Below are positions 12,850-26,710 of a stretch of DNA of 64,000 bases, piece after piece. Position numbers and translations under genes: made by a program. This stretch comes from Eledone cirrhosa (lineage: Eukaryota). The notes under the pieces were generated by a model. It did no database searches. It was not told the origin of the DNA and saw nothing but the letters and a program-made list of their open reading frames with translations. Location of the stretch: assembly GCA_964016885.1 (NCBI GenBank), contig OZ024741.1, forward strand, positions 306,838,001-306,902,000, in the 5' to 3' direction. Within the stretch, counting starts at the first letter, position 1, and every line of letters starts with the position of its first letter.

Positions 12850-15800
12850 CAACAAACTCTGCCATTACTACTATTACTACTACTTTTCTTCTAGCCCTTA
12901 CCAGCCCCAACAAATGCTACCGCTATTACTACTACTGCCATTCTCGCCCTGAATTCTTTTACCATGATGTATCGATGAGCTGAGGATAAATGGAGCAATC
13001 CCAAATTAATAAATGAATATGAATCCGCGAGCTACCAAGCACCCATGCGAAGCTTTAATTCAGAGACAGGAAGCATACACACACCCCCTCAAAAATTCAC
13101 CCTTTCCCACGAACGATGGCAAATGCCCAAAACTCCGAGTTGGAACCACCAATGAAAGGAAGAGCAGGAGAAATCATAGAGATGCTAGAGTGAAAGGAAA
13201 TTGATGTATGCTGTGTGCAAGAGACTAGATGGAGAGGAGAGTCCGTTAGAGTCCTTGTAGGAAAACGGCAGTGCTACACATTTTTCTGCGTGGGAAATGA
13301 CAACGGGATGGGTGGTGTAGGTATCCTCCTAGCTGACAAATGGGTAGATAAGGTAATCTCAGTGAACAGGGTGAGCGCAAGAATCATTAAACTCAGACTA
13401 GTCCTGAATTAAACAATTGCCACAATAATATCAGCTTACGCACCCCAGTCGGGTTGCCAGACGAACTTAAGGATAGGTTTTACGAGTCCCTAGTGCACAC
13501 TATTACCTTAACAAATGATAATGACTTCCTAATCATTGCAGGAGATTTTAATGGAAACATAGGTAAACACTGTGACGGCTTCTATAGAGTCCATGGAGGC
13601 TACGGGTTTGGCACAAGAAATGAAGAAAGCTTCAGGCTTCTACAATTCTGCGACGCCAATGACATGTCGATATGTAAGACAAACTTCAAAAAACCCGACA
13701 ACCGTCTGATCACCTATATATCAGAGTAGCATTCTAGTCAGATAGATTTTATCCTCATCAGAGGACGTGACAGATGGACGGTTGTAAACACAAAAGCCTT
13801 CCCTGCTGAGGAATGTACCTCCCAACATAACTTAGTTGTCAGCGACCTCACTTTCAGAACTAGACGAACTTGGAAACAGAAGGCAACCTGGAGAAGAAAG
13901 ATCTGGAAGCTGGAAGACCCCTCAGGCAGTAACAGATTTAAAGATATTTTACTCAACGCCTATGACAGTAAAGAAGAACAGATAGAGACATTCAATGTAG
14001 AAAAGCACTTTTCTAAAAAATAACTTACTAACGGCGACGGATGAGATCTGTGGCTGGAGTAAGAGCAAAGGGAGGAGGAGAGTGACTTTGTGTTGGAATA
14101 ATAAGGTACATGAGACAGGCATGGAGAAAATGGAAGAACGGGAGAAGATGAGTACATTACATAGCGACCAGGAGAGAAGATAGACAACAAGTATATTTAG
14201 CTAGAAGGGAAGCGGAGGATAGAAAATTCAAGCATGTTTTACAATGTGAGGACCAGAAACAGGAGGTGTCCAAGATTGCGAGGCAGTGTGTCAGAGAGAA
14301 TTGTGATGACTTCTCTGCAATAACATCACAATTCTCTCTGGAATGATAAAGGTGAGCTTGCCCTCACAAGTGCTGAGAAGAAAGATGCGTGGAAGAGCCA
14401 TTATGAAAGATTACTAAATGAGGAGAATGCATGGGAAAAAGAGACCCTATCCCCAAGTGGACCCTATAGAGGAACGAGCAGTACAAGTCAGCAGCAGCGT
14501 AGTAAGTAAGGCAATCAAAGATATGAAGACAGGGAAGGCAACCAGTCCATTGGGTATAGCTGCCGAGATGCTGAAGGCATCTGGGTCAGTAGGTCACACC
14601 ATAACCACACGTATTGTTAACAAGGGTGTCATACCAAAGGATTGGTGCAGCAGCATCATTGTCAACTGCTACAAAGGTAAAGGTGATGCACTAGATAGAG
14701 GAAATTATAGAGGTATAAAGCTGATGGAACAGGTCATGAAAGTAACAGAAAGAGTTATAGCACAGCTGATGAGGGACCGGGTGAAAATAGACGAGATGCA
14801 ATTTGGGTTTGTACCAGGAAGAGGCACCACTGATGCCATCTTCCTTGTGAGGCAGTTACAGGAAAAGTACCTAGTTAAAAGTAAGCCGCTCTACCCGGCA
14901 TTCGTCGATCTGGAAAAAGCCCTCGACAGAGTCTCCCGCGCTATAATCCGGTGGGCTCTTAGAAAACTAGATGAATGGTTTGTGAAAGCTGTACAAGCTA
15001 TGTATAAGGGAGCAGTCAGCCAAGTTAGGGTTAGCAATGACTATAGCGAGGAATTTAGCATACAGGTCGGTGTCGACCAGGGCTCTGTTTTTAGCCCTCT
15101 CCTGTTCATTATAGTTTTGCAGGCAACAACAGCGAAGTTTAAGACCGGATGCCCATGGGAACTCCTATATGGGGATAACCTTCCACTTGTAGCTGAATCT
15201 ATGGTGGATCTAGAGAAGAATTTCCAAACATGGAAGCAGGGACTAGAGAGAAAGGGTCTCAAAGTCAACCTGACAAAGACTAAAGTCCTCGTAAGTAGAC
15301 GAGAAAACAGAAGCCAGATCCCCTCTGGGAAATGGCCTTGCTCAGTATATAGGAAAGGTGTAGGTAGGAACTCCATCCTCTGCCCCAAATGCAAACAATG
15401 GGTACACAGGAAGCTTAACTGAGAATGTAGGCTTCATATGTAGCAGCTGCGCTGGGACAGCAAGCAGTAAACGGCCACAGGAAACAAGCACCACCAAACT
15501 CTATGAGGGTTCTGTAGAAACAGTAGACAGCTTCTTCTACCTAGGTGACTGAATTAGCAGTGGAGGTGGGTGTTGGGAAAGTACAATAACTAGGGTAAGA
15601 ACGGTATGGAAGAAGTTCAGGGAGCTACTGCCACTGCTAGCTGCAAAAGGCTTTTCCCTCAAAATAATAGGCAGACTGTATGATGTGTGTATACGAACAG
15701 CAATGTTACATGGTAGTGAAACCTGAGCACTGTCTGTAGAAGACTTGCATAGATTAGAAAGAAACTAAGCTTGCATGCTCCGATGGATGTGTAAGAGTAA

Positions 15801-16238
15801 TATACGCTAACGGCAAAGCATAAACGAATTAAGATAAGAGGAATCAAATGCTGTGTGCAGGAGAGGAGGTTGCGTTGGTATGGACATGTGATGCGTATTA
15901 AGGATGACATCTGCATAAAAAGGTGCAGAGCACTAGAAGTCAATGGAAGGCGCGGAGTGGAGAGACCCAAGAAGACGTGGGATGATGTGATAAAAGCCGA
16001 CCTTACCCAATTGCACCTCTCAAAGGCGATGACACAAGACTGTGACCTCTGGCGTCACGCAGTAATACAGAAGACCTGACTTCCCACGCGTACAAGCCAA
16101 AGCTGAGGCCAGAATCAGTCCCCATATGAGCAAGACAAGGTCAGCTGAACAGACACTGCTCACAACAGGACAAACCGTCTAACCCATGCTAGCGTGGAAG
16201 AACAGACGTAAAACGGCGATGATGATGATGATGATGAT
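12850..16238 (+). mobile_element. Near full-length RTE LINE (APE + RT), decayed, with (GAT)n tail
   Basis: APE motifs (CVQETRW, AYAPQ, IAGDFNG, QIDFIL), RT ORF 14418-15422 (QFGFVPGRGTTDAIF, FVDLEKA), RRLRWYGHV, GRP-type motif and a (gat)n tail. Confidence 0.93.
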
Positions 16239-16257
16239 ATATATATATATATATATA

Positions 16258-17497
16258 CTAGCAGAGGTATTGAATAGCAGTTGTGTATTCCATTTATGTC
16301 AATACTTCATTCAGTGCTGCTTCGAAAACTATACTTTTACAAAATCATCGGCTTTATCCAAAAGGGGGTTCCTGCCCCCAGAGGTCTCCTACTCAATATG
16401 TGCCAATTCTGAGAGTTCACATTCATCTGTAGGACAAATGTAGCCCATGTGTCAAGTTTTGTGAACATCGGTTGCGAACTCCAGAAGATATGACGTTTTG
16501 TTGCATTGCACTGCAGTGCTTCAGTCGACTCCAAGGAAGTGGTTGAAGGGGGTTATCTGCCGGGAGGCCCTATAATCAATATCTGGAAAAATGAAAGTGC
16601 CCATGACCATCCGGAGTACATAAGTAACCTGTCTTAAGTTTGGTGAAAATACTGTAGAAATGGATAAGGTTTATACATACGCGCGCGCGCGTGTGTGTGT
16701 ATGTATTTGTGTGTGCGTATGTATGTGTATGTCCGTCGGGGCATACGTATGTACTGGCCTAAATCTTCATATTTAATTTTACTATTTTAATAACCTCAGG
16801 GCGGTATATTTGTAGTATCAGTAGAAGGTCGGACACCATGCTTTGCACCATAGAGTTACGGCTCTTTATGATCTGAGTTCAAATCCCGCCGAGGTTAACT
16901 TTGCCTTTCATCCTTACGAGGTCGATAAAATAAAGTACCAGTCCCGTACTGGGGTCGATTTAATCGACTTTTCCCTCCCCCCCAAAATTGCTGGCCTTGT
17001 GTCTATATCAGAAACCACTATTTTAATAACCTCTGTCATTTTCGTTTTCAATTTTATTTACATCATTCTTAAACTCTGGGGCTGGAAATCATTCTAACGA
17101 CTCCATTTATACCATAAACTTGGTCTTGTCTTTGCATGAAATTGTTCTTCTCACTCCACATAACGACATATTATCCTCGCCTTTTTCCGTTCATTGCCAG
17201 GCAACGTCTTCACGAACCAAAATATCGTCTTCCTGTTTTCCTTCGGTTGCAACGTTTCTCGAAATATTTACTTCTGCGTTCACAGATTACTCTCAGTTTA
17301 ATTTGAATGGGAAATTCCTGTTTCATCGATTTTCTCCGTAATCATCGAAGCTTGTAGCTTGAAACTCGACCCAACGCCTCCTCGGGTCATTCTGCATAGC
17401 TGTGTAAATTTTGGCTGCATTCCACGAAGCCGTTTCGACGTTTATCCGACTACACCTACATATACAACGTCCGACCACTTCCAATTTATATAGTAGA
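16258..17497 (-). mobile_element. Non-autonomous Helitron-like element(s) interrupted by a SINE
   Basis: Minus-strand 5' TC at 17497 and CTAG|T at 16258-16261. No clear 3' hairpin, and the unit may be composite. Confidence 0.45.
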
Positions 17498-18500
17498 CTA
17501 GCAGTTTAGCCCGGCGTTGCTCGGGTTTGTTCATTTGCTATGAAAAATTACATACATGTAAACGTAGGTTGAAAGCGCATAAGCTTATCAATTAAGTGCA
17601 TAAAGCAGTTGAACCGGTTATTAATAGTTACGAACCAATTAGCATTTTGGACAATCAATGATGGGTTAATAATCTTCCAATAGCGAATTTAGTAGACCAA
17701 AGTTGCAAGATGGTGGCCCTGATGCCGCTGGATGTCAGATCTGTCCGCTATGGGTGACCCTACCAGTTTTCCAGACGTCATAGCTCCAACACCTCCAACA
17801 CCTGCACCAACATCTATAGAACCTCTTTGTAGACGATATTGCATGTCATCCCTTGAGGAGTATAAGCAAAAAGTCCATTCCTGATCCCTACGCGGGAACA
17901 GGCAACATAAAGTTGGCCATGGGAGATTAGCCAGTTTCAGTCTGAACACTCTGGCAATGAGGTCATGTCTGTTCGAATAATTTTGCCCAGGAAAAAGTTC
18001 ACGGGTCACATTCCGATTCATATGTCTATAGCATTAATCTGTTATATGAAGTGTTATTTTGCGGGTTTTTATTTGCAATAAGCCGATTGAAAATGCCCCA
18101 GATAAGCCGTATGCCAATACGGAACGCTCCACTGCAGTGTTGTCATATAGTGAGTGAAGAGCAACAAAGAGAGTAAAGCAGTTAAATTATAGAGAGGGGG
18201 AATATACGGAACGCTCCATTTGATCATATTCATTGTTTCTCTCTCTGCAGTGTTGTCATATAGGGAGTGAAGAGCGACAGAGAGAGTAAAGCAGTTAAAT
18301 TATGTTTGTTGAATTGTTTGTTAAATTACGTTTGTTGTTTTATAAATTCATCTGTTGCTTTGAATATTTGTTATTTGATGTAAAATGTAACGTTGAGAGA
18401 GCAGTATGTATTTAGTGTTATCGGCTTTTTAAATTTTGATATTTGATGTATGAGTGTCGTTATGACTGTTTGTTGCTTAGGTTTCAAAGTTTGTGTCGCG
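17498..18500 (-). mobile_element. Helitron remnant with Rep fragment and canonical 3' end
   Basis: ELFPGQNYSNRHDLIARVFRLKL (Rep-like, ~17930-18020). The minus-strand 3' end reads cccgagcaacgccggg-ctaaactg-CTAG. The 5' boundary is uncertain. Confidence 0.7.
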
Positions 18501-18559
18501 TTCCTTCAAAAGAAGTTTTGTAGTTGTTCTAAACTGTAAAGGGTAGTAGACGGAGGCAG

Positions 18560-19340
18560 TAACCTTTTAAAGAGAGTTGCATATATAGCAAGATTTTCAA
18601 TAGGCATACCATTAAATTCTCGTATTCTACTACTTCGAACATTTCAAAAATTATCTCAAGACATAATTCTAAAATATTAAATAATAACTCATATGCATCC
18701 AACCATGAGAGTCATCATAATAACACGATAAGGCCCGACGTCAATGTAAATTCTAGGCAAAATAACACAAGTATAAATACGACGTCAAACGTAACTTTGA
18801 GGAATGCATCAACTAGTAATGTAAATCTTGAAACTTTAGCACCTCCTTTAGTTAATTCCACCACTCCTGATCCTAATATAATTAATCCTGGGCCACTTGC
18901 CAATAACTCTGTAAATAATCTTAATCGTAAATGCAACTGCCCTATTAGAACTAATTGTCCTCTTAGTAATTTCTGTCTCGATAAAAACGAATGTAAAGTG
19001 GTAACTAGTACCAATTCCTATACCTACATTGGCTATACTTCTACCTCCTTTACAGCAAGATTCTATAATCATCTTCCACATTTAAATCTCCACTTAAAAG
19101 GACCAGCGCCGCACTCTCAGAACTTATTTCGTCCTTAAAAGACAAAAACATAAATTACGAAATTTCTTGACGCAAAATCTACAACGCATCTCCATTCTCC
19201 AATGCTTCCATATCTAGTGTTTGTAATTTATGTCTAGTTGAAAAATTTACCATTATCTCCAATTTCAAGACAATAATAAATCGGAGAACCGATTTATTTG
19301 GACTTTGTAATTATAAATCGTACAAGACCTTTCACAAAGT
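18560..19340 (+). mobile_element. Penelope-like element fragment (Cys linker + GIY-YIG)
   Basis: FNRHTIKFSYSTTSNI...CNCPIRTNCPLSNFC...YTYIGYTSTSFTARFYNH...CNLCLVEK. Confidence 0.82.
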
Positions 19341-19623
19341 ATATAGCTGCTGTCCTATAACTTTTTCCACGAGTGACTGTTATCTTTACACATCTTTCAG
19401 TATATTCTACATAGTATTATGAAATATATAAAATAAAATATACTTCATCACACGAATGTCTATGTTTGTTAATATTTTGAATTTATATATATATATATAC
19501 ACAATACATATATATTTATATACATACATACACAATACATATATATTGATACACATATATTGATACACATATAATTATATATATATATATATACATATGT
19601 ATATATATATACATATATATATT

Positions 19624-19693
<70 letters not shown>

Positions 19694-19795
19694 CAAGATG
19701 TATGGTAGGTCGTATGTGAATCGCGATGATCCCGCCTGACCTACCAAATATGCGACGGTAGCTAGTTAAGCTCTATGCGTATAAGCAGAGTAGAA

Positions 19796-21402
19796 ATATT
19801 AATGAAAAAGAACAAAGGAACTATTATGACATTATAACAAGTTTATTGCCGACAGCCGTTTCGTCCGACCATATGGTGGGACTTTTCAAGGCATATAACA
19901 GGTGATTGTAAGTTCATTATTTACATCAACGTTTCACTCAAGATTAGCAGTTTGAAATTGTGGTATACATCAGCAGCTCCGCTTGTATATTTGGGGTCTA
20001 TATTCTAAGGGGGCTCTTTTATATTAGTTGTCGGAGTTGTAAAAGGGATGGGTTATGGGGAGTTAAGAGAATTTGAAAAGGGCCTAAGAGTCAGGGATTG
20101 AAGGTTAAAAATTAGATAATTTATAATTTATGCATTAAAAGTAAAAGACTTGGGATCTCGTAGAAGCACCTTAAAAAATCCCTCAATAAGTGCATAAAGC
20201 TTATAAGCCTCAATAAACCTAACAAACCAGAAGAGATTAAGAGACTAAAAAGATTTAAAAAAAAAAAAAAAAAATAAAAAAAATAAAATAAAAAAAAAAA
20301 TAAAAAATATAAAGTTTCCTAAAAAATTCCTTCGAAAGAAAAAAAATTTTTTTCGAAAGAAAAAAATAATTTTTTGATAGTACATTATTAGATTACTGAA
20401 GCTACCTTATACCTTCTTAAAAATACATTTTATAATTATTGTCTTTTTGCTTATGTATTTTCTTACTTATCATTTTCTTTAATCTTACCCAACTTGATAA
20501 GCTCTTTGAATTGCTCCCTAATTAAATTACTTAAATTACTTAAATTATTTTATCTATTATACCTAAGTTGTATCTGTTGAAGCAGCCCTTTGAAAATTCC
20601 TCGGATATCCCAAATCCCGTAATTTTTAACTTTTAATTTGTAATTTTCCTCAATTCGTTTATATATATCTTTAAAGGCTCTCTAAAATTTTAATTCTTCG
20701 AAGGGTCTCTCGGAAGAGGTTCTTATTGAAAATATTAAAGGGGCCTTTTCTGAGGGATTTTTTGAAGGCTTTTTGAATTAACCTTTAATTGATTAGTTTC
20801 TTTCAACTTAGTAGGGATTATCAGAACTTCGTAAATTTTCTGAAATTTTTTAACGTGATCTCTGGGGAAGAACATTTTTTTCTTTCGAAAAAGTTTTTTT
20901 TCTTTCGAAGGAATTTTTTAGGAAACTTTATATTTTTATTTTTTTATTTTTTTAGTCTCTTAATCTCTTCTGGTTTGTTAGGTTTATTGGGGCTTATAAG
21001 CTTTATGCACTTATTGAGGGATTTTTTAAGGTGCTTCTACGAGATCCCAAGTCTTTTACTTTTAATGCGTAAATTATAAATTATCTGATTTTTAACCTTC
21101 AATCCCTGACTCTTAGGCCCTTTTCAAATTCTCTTAACTCCCCATAACCCATCCCTTTTACAACTCCGACAACTAATATAAAAGAGCCCCCTTAGAATAT
21201 AGACCCCAAATATACAAGCGAAGCTGCGGATGTATACCACAATTTCAAACTGCTAATCTTGAGTGAAACGTTGATGTAAATAATGAACTTACAATCACCT
21301 GTTATATGCCTTGAAAAGTCCCACCATATGGTCGGACGAAACGGCTGTGGCAATAAACTTGTTATAATGTCATAATAGTTCCTTTGTTCTTTTTCATTAA
21401 TA
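19796..21402. repeat. Long inverted repeat (~550-bp arms, ~500-bp spacer) with an HHR near each outer end
   Basis: 19796-~20365 is the reverse complement of ~20875-21402. Confidence 0.9.
19847..19893 (-). ncRNA. Hammerhead, U3-A8 core variant
   Basis: tgcc-TTGAAAA-gtcccaccatatggtcggac-GAAA-cggctg-TC-ggca. The + strand copy at 21307-21352 lacks C17. Confidence 0.8.
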
Positions 21403-21480
21403 TATATATATATATATATCATCGTTTAACGTCTAACTTCTATGCTAGCATGGGTTTAGACGTGATATATATATATACAT

Positions 21481-21643
<163 letters not shown>

Positions 21644-21744
21644 AGTATTAAGTTGTTAAAAAATATTCGATGATTATGTCAAAGAATGAGTTTTGCAGTA
21701 GATTGGAAGCACTCAACTGAAAAAAAAGATTTCAGGAGATATTA

Positions 21745-22050
21745 ATATTAAAATATAAGTATTAATAAAATAGATGTTCTCTTGATCAATTACATTTTAT
21801 TATACATATTTTGGATGTACAAGAGTACGTCCTCATCAGACAAAATATAATGATAAATGACATACCCTGAGATGTTAAATGGTTAAGATTTACTACCTTG
21901 ATTAAATCTTAACCATTTAACATCTCAGGGTATGTCATGTATCATTATATTTTGTCTGATGAGAACGTACTGTTGTACATCCGAAATATGTATAATAAAA
22001 TATAATTGATCAAAAGAACATCTATTTTATTAATACTTATATTTTAATAT
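21745..22050. repeat. ~148-bp-arm fold-back palindrome
   Basis: 21745-21892 vs 21903-22050, with a 10-nt loop and several mismatches. Confidence 0.9.
21945..22005 (+). ncRNA. Minimal type I hammerhead, canonical core
   Basis: ttatattttgt-CTGATGA-gaacgtactgttgtacatcc-GAAA-tatgta-TA-ataaaatataa. Stem I is 11 bp. Confidence 0.82.
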
Positions 22051-22218
22051 ATATATTTTCTGTTTAATTACATTGAGCTATACCTTTACTGTCATTTCTA
22101 TAATACGAAGAGGGTGTTTAACTCCAACACACTCTAGTATTTTAATTCTTATATATATAGATATATATAAATGAAAAGTATAGAAATTGTTTTAGCGAGA
22201 AGCTAACAGTATTCCATA

Positions 22219-22263
<45 letters not shown>

Positions 22264-22266
<3 letters not shown>

Positions 22267-22404
22267 CGAAGGAAATGTGGTAAGGAACCAGGTGGACCAT
22301 AACGCACCAAAGTACTCAATACTTGAGGTAGTAGAGTGGGTAATAGGAACCAGTAAGACCCTGACAGCTGAGCTCAAGCCGTTTCGACGGCTAATTCTGG
22401 ACTC

Positions 22405-22407
<3 letters not shown>
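22264..22407 (-). repeat. PLE pseudo-LTR 3' module ('G family'); other copies at 23309-23451(+), 56916-57117(+), 57853-58054(+), 63643-63982 and 12310-12425
   Basis: Shared gtccagaattagccgtcGAAAcggcttgagc...GTCgggg...ccttaccacatttccttcg, ending directly in (TA)n. Confidence 0.85.
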
Positions 22408-22467
<60 letters not shown>

Positions 22468-22793
22468 AAACGAAAAATCAGTGATGCATCTGGACTCAGT
22501 TTATTGTGTGTTACAATTGTTTCGCCGGTAGATAGCTTTGGAACACTTATCGTTTGTTCCGTACACAGACCTAAGTGTGCATATTATACTCCCCATGTGG
22601 TGTGGTATATCACACGAATACATGTAACTTCCCCCTTTTTTATATATCTCTATAATGCATATTTTAATGTATTTTATTGTTTTTATATGTGTGTATATGC
22701 GTAGACGTGTGCGTATGTATATGTACACGTGTGTGTGTGAACGTAAATCTATACATGTCTGTGTGTGTGTATGTATGTACATATAAATGTGTG

Positions 22794-22865
<72 letters not shown>

Positions 22866-23146
22866 AATGTATATATATGTGTGTGTATATATATGTGTAT
22901 ATGTATGTGTGTATATATGTGTATGTATATATATATGTATATGTTATGTGAGTGTGTATGGATGTATTGTATATTTATTTTATTATATAGCTATTCTACT
23001 GTATATTGTATTTTTATTTTATTGCATATTGTATATTTATTCTATTGTTTTTATATGTGTGTATATGTGTAAGTGTATGTGTGTATGTATATATATATAT
23101 GTATATATATATGTATATGTATATATATTGGTGTGTGCATGCATGT

Positions 23147-23218
<72 letters not shown>

Positions 23219-23229
23219 ATATGTGTGTA

Positions 23230-23265
<36 letters not shown>

Positions 23266-23449
23266 CATACATAAGTATGTGTGTGTGGGTATGTGCATGT
23301 GTATATATAATGAGTCCAGAATTAGCCGTCGAAACGGCTTGAGCTTAGCCGTCGGGGTCCTACTCGTTCCTATTACCCACTCTACTACCCTAAGTATTGA
23401 GTACGTTGGTGCGTTATGGTCCACCTGGTTCCTTACCACATTTCCTTCG

Positions 23450-23498
<49 letters not shown>

Positions 23499-23851
23499 CT
23501 CTCTCTCTTTCGTCTGCGACTTCACAAAACTTATGTTTACCGAATTCGTAGACCAGACCCCTTCTTCTTCTTCTTCTTCTTCTTCTTCTTCTTCTTCTTC
23601 TTCTTCTTCTTCTTCTTCTTCTTCTTCTTCTTCTTCTTCTTCTTCTTCTTCTTCTTCTTCTTCTTCTTCTCCCCGTTAGACTTGTGCGAAATTCCTTCCT
23701 TTCTCACATTTCAACCAGGTTTGATGGTCTTTTGTCTCTTGTTCACGATTTCATATATATATATATATACACGATTTCATATATATATATATATACACAA
23801 TGCATTAATATCAGATGTGAGAAAAATCACAGACCCTCCATCTCAACTCTA

Positions 23852-23887
23852 CTTTTGAAAAGCAGAAGAACTGCGAAACCGGTAAAG
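23852..23887 (+). ncRNA. Very small hammerhead, U3-A8 variant
   Basis: ctt-TTGAAAA-gcag aagaa ctgc-GAAA-ccgg-TA-aag, with palindromic stem III ACCGGT. Confidence 0.7.
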
Positions 23888-23938
23888 GAACCAAATAAAT
23901 ATATATATAAAAAAAGATTCTTTTCCTTATATATATAT

Positions 23939-24018
<80 letters not shown>

Positions 24019-24215
24019 TTAAGGATACTATTTATGGTTATGTATATACTAAAACTTTTTATAGTTATATATATTTTAAACCCTAAACAGTGAAAGACAG
24101 TAATTTATTACTACCTTATTACCAGTAAGATAAATAGCTCAATGTAATAACATCAGTTGTTCTACAGAGCAGTTATATAGAAATCACATGAATCAAAGTT
24201 CTGTTCAAACCATTT

Positions 24216-24268
24216 ATTAGCTTACAATTGTTTCGTCCAAACCGAGGTTTGGAGTCTTCGGAGCAATT
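24216..24268 (-). ncRNA. Hammerhead, U4C variant (homologue at 39925-39976, minus strand)
   Basis: gct-CCGAAGA-ctccaaacctcggtttggac-GAAA-caattg-TA-agc. The homologue reads gct-CCGATGA-ctccaaactaaagtttggaa-GAAA-caattg-TC-agc. Flanks 24020-24470 and 39735-40200 are homologous. Confidence 0.75.
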
Positions 24269-24639
24269 TTTCAATGATTGTTTACATACATGACCTCCTT
24301 TCCAACACAAGAGACATACAGAAACATATGTATATACCGATGCACAGTGGGGTGACATCCATTATAATATTTTGCATGGCAATTTAAATTCAAAAATTAA
24401 AATTAAAATCATATTAAAACAAAATTAAAGTTAAAATACAACATCGGCAGTTTACGAAGATAATGCAAGAGGATAGATTGTTAGTCATTTGAAGTAGTTA
24501 GTGCATGCAATAGTTACACGTGGGGCATGCACGTGTGTCTTATTTATATAGGATTATTGTGCGGCAAGGTGTTATATACAATACAAGCACTTTAAGCGGG
24601 TAATCAAGAGTATTATGGGGGTTGTATTGGTAAAGTATT

Positions 24640-26630
24640 TCTTATGTATGATAAAGAAGCTATTGCTGTTGCGTCAACTGGCATTGCCGCAACACTGACG
24701 CCTGGTGGAAGAACAGCGCATTCTAGGTTCAAAATACCGATAGTAGTGAAAGAAAATGGTCTGTGCAACATTGATAAAAACTCAAAGATGGCAAACCTCT
24801 TCCAGCATACAAGGCTAATTGTTTGGGATGAGTGTCCTATGATTCGGAGGGAAATTCGAAGCTGTTGACGTCACTCTGCGTGACATATGTGACAACAATG
24901 AGGCATTCGGTGGAATTTTGACGATTTTCTGTCGCGATTTCCGTCAGCTTCTTCCGGTAGTGAAAAGGGGAAATGAAGCGGGCGTGGAAAACGCCTGCAT
25001 TAAAAAATCCTACTTAAGGCGAAGCTTCAAAAGATTTCAGTTGAAGACAAACATGCGATTGGGTGGGGGAACAGGAGACTATTCACAGTTCCTATTGGAT
25101 ATTGGAGAAGATAAGATAAAAAAAACTGAAAATGAGGAAATTATTTTGCCAAAAGAAATGGTTCTCCAAGCAATAACTATGGAAGAATGTATTGATTTCA
25201 TCTACCCCTCATTCGACAATCCAGCTGAAGTGTTTTCGAACAATTGCATCTTAGTACCTCTCAATGAAAAGATGAGAAGCATCAATTCCACCTCTATCAG
25301 ACGCTTCCCTGGAACCATAAAAGAGTACCGATCCTATAATTCTGTGAGTGATGGTGCCAATGCCACTCATTTCCCGACTGAATTCCTTGATTCGGTTTAA
25401 TTATCAGGAATTGAAAAAAGGATCGCCAATAATTCTTATGAGAAACTTGAATCCTCCAAGGCCTTGTAATGGAACGCGCATGATCGTGGAAGAACTGCAC
25501 GACAATCTCATAGTAGCAAGAATCAACACTGCTGCTTTCAGAAATAAAATCGTTATGATACCTAGAATGATAATTAATCTATCCGAAGGTGAGGATATCC
25601 CTTTGCAGCGAAGCCAATTCCCAGTTCAATCGTGCTTCGCTATGACTATTCATAAAGCACAAGGTCAAACTATGGAAAACGTCTTGGTTTATTTGGAACG
25701 ACCTGTATTCCAACACGGTCAACTGTATGTAACCCTTAGCCGCGGAAAACGAAAAGAAAATGTCAGAGTATTTCTGAAGGATACCCAGTCAACTAAGAAT
25801 GTTGTCATCAAAAGCATTCTTTTGAACAAACTGTAACAGCGTAAATATGAGAAAATGTTGATTCCGACGTCAGAAAATGAAAGGAAAAGGAAAAACTAAG
25901 ACAAGTAAGAATAATTTCTTTCAAATTTTTGTAAATAAAACCAGCTTTTCATTAACATTGCAACTTTTTAAGCAGAAAAATCTTTCAGAACAAACAGTCA
26001 AGCATCCATAGAGATATAGAAAAAAGAATTTTGAAGTGGAGTGATTGGATAGCTATTAGTGAAAAATGATTTGATATTTTCTTTGTGAAAATACTTGTGA
26101 ATAATACAGTGAAAAGAGAAGTTTCACGTAAATCGGACCACGGGTTCCCGAGATACGCGGGTTTTTTCGGGTACCTTTATAAGTAGCCAAATCAGCGCAT
26201 AATGGGAAAATTCTTTGAAAGTAAGGTACTATTTAAATGTGAATACAAACGCAGATAGTGGTTGTGAGAGAGAGAGAGGGAGAGAGCTGGTGGTGTTGTT
26301 GAATGAAATTATGACAGGTGACTTCAAAGAATTGAATACAGCATTACTGTATCTAGCTTGAATTTGGTGACTGAATATTAAGTTATATGTATTTTATAAC
26401 TTGTGTTAGGACAGGATGTATGTGTGTGTGTGTCTGTAACCAGTGTATATAGGCCACAGACACCCACACACGCAAACATATATATATATATATATACGTA
26501 CATATACACACATACACGTATATATATTGGCTTTCCAATGTCATTTTACATTATATACATTTTGTGTATATTTTAATTATTTAAAAATTATTTTTAAGTG
26601 AACATGACCCAACGGGTCACGTGTGGTCTA

Positions 26631-26631
<1 letters not shown>
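24640..26631 (+). mobile_element. Helitron 3' portion: PIF1-like helicase pseudogene plus terminal hairpin and CTAG
   Basis: AVASTGIAATLTPGGRTAHSRFKIP, IVWDECPM, DFRQLLPV, LMRNLNPPRPCNGTR, FAMTIHKAQGQT, VFQHGQLYVTLSR (24644-25836, frameshifted). The end is a tgaccc-aac-gggtca hairpin then CTAG|T at 26628-26631. Confidence 0.92.

Positions 26632-26710
<79 letters not shown>

Noticed and set aside
24644-25836. Host PIF1 helicase gene
   Set aside because: It is intronless, frameshifted and followed by a Helitron hairpin-CTAG terminus.
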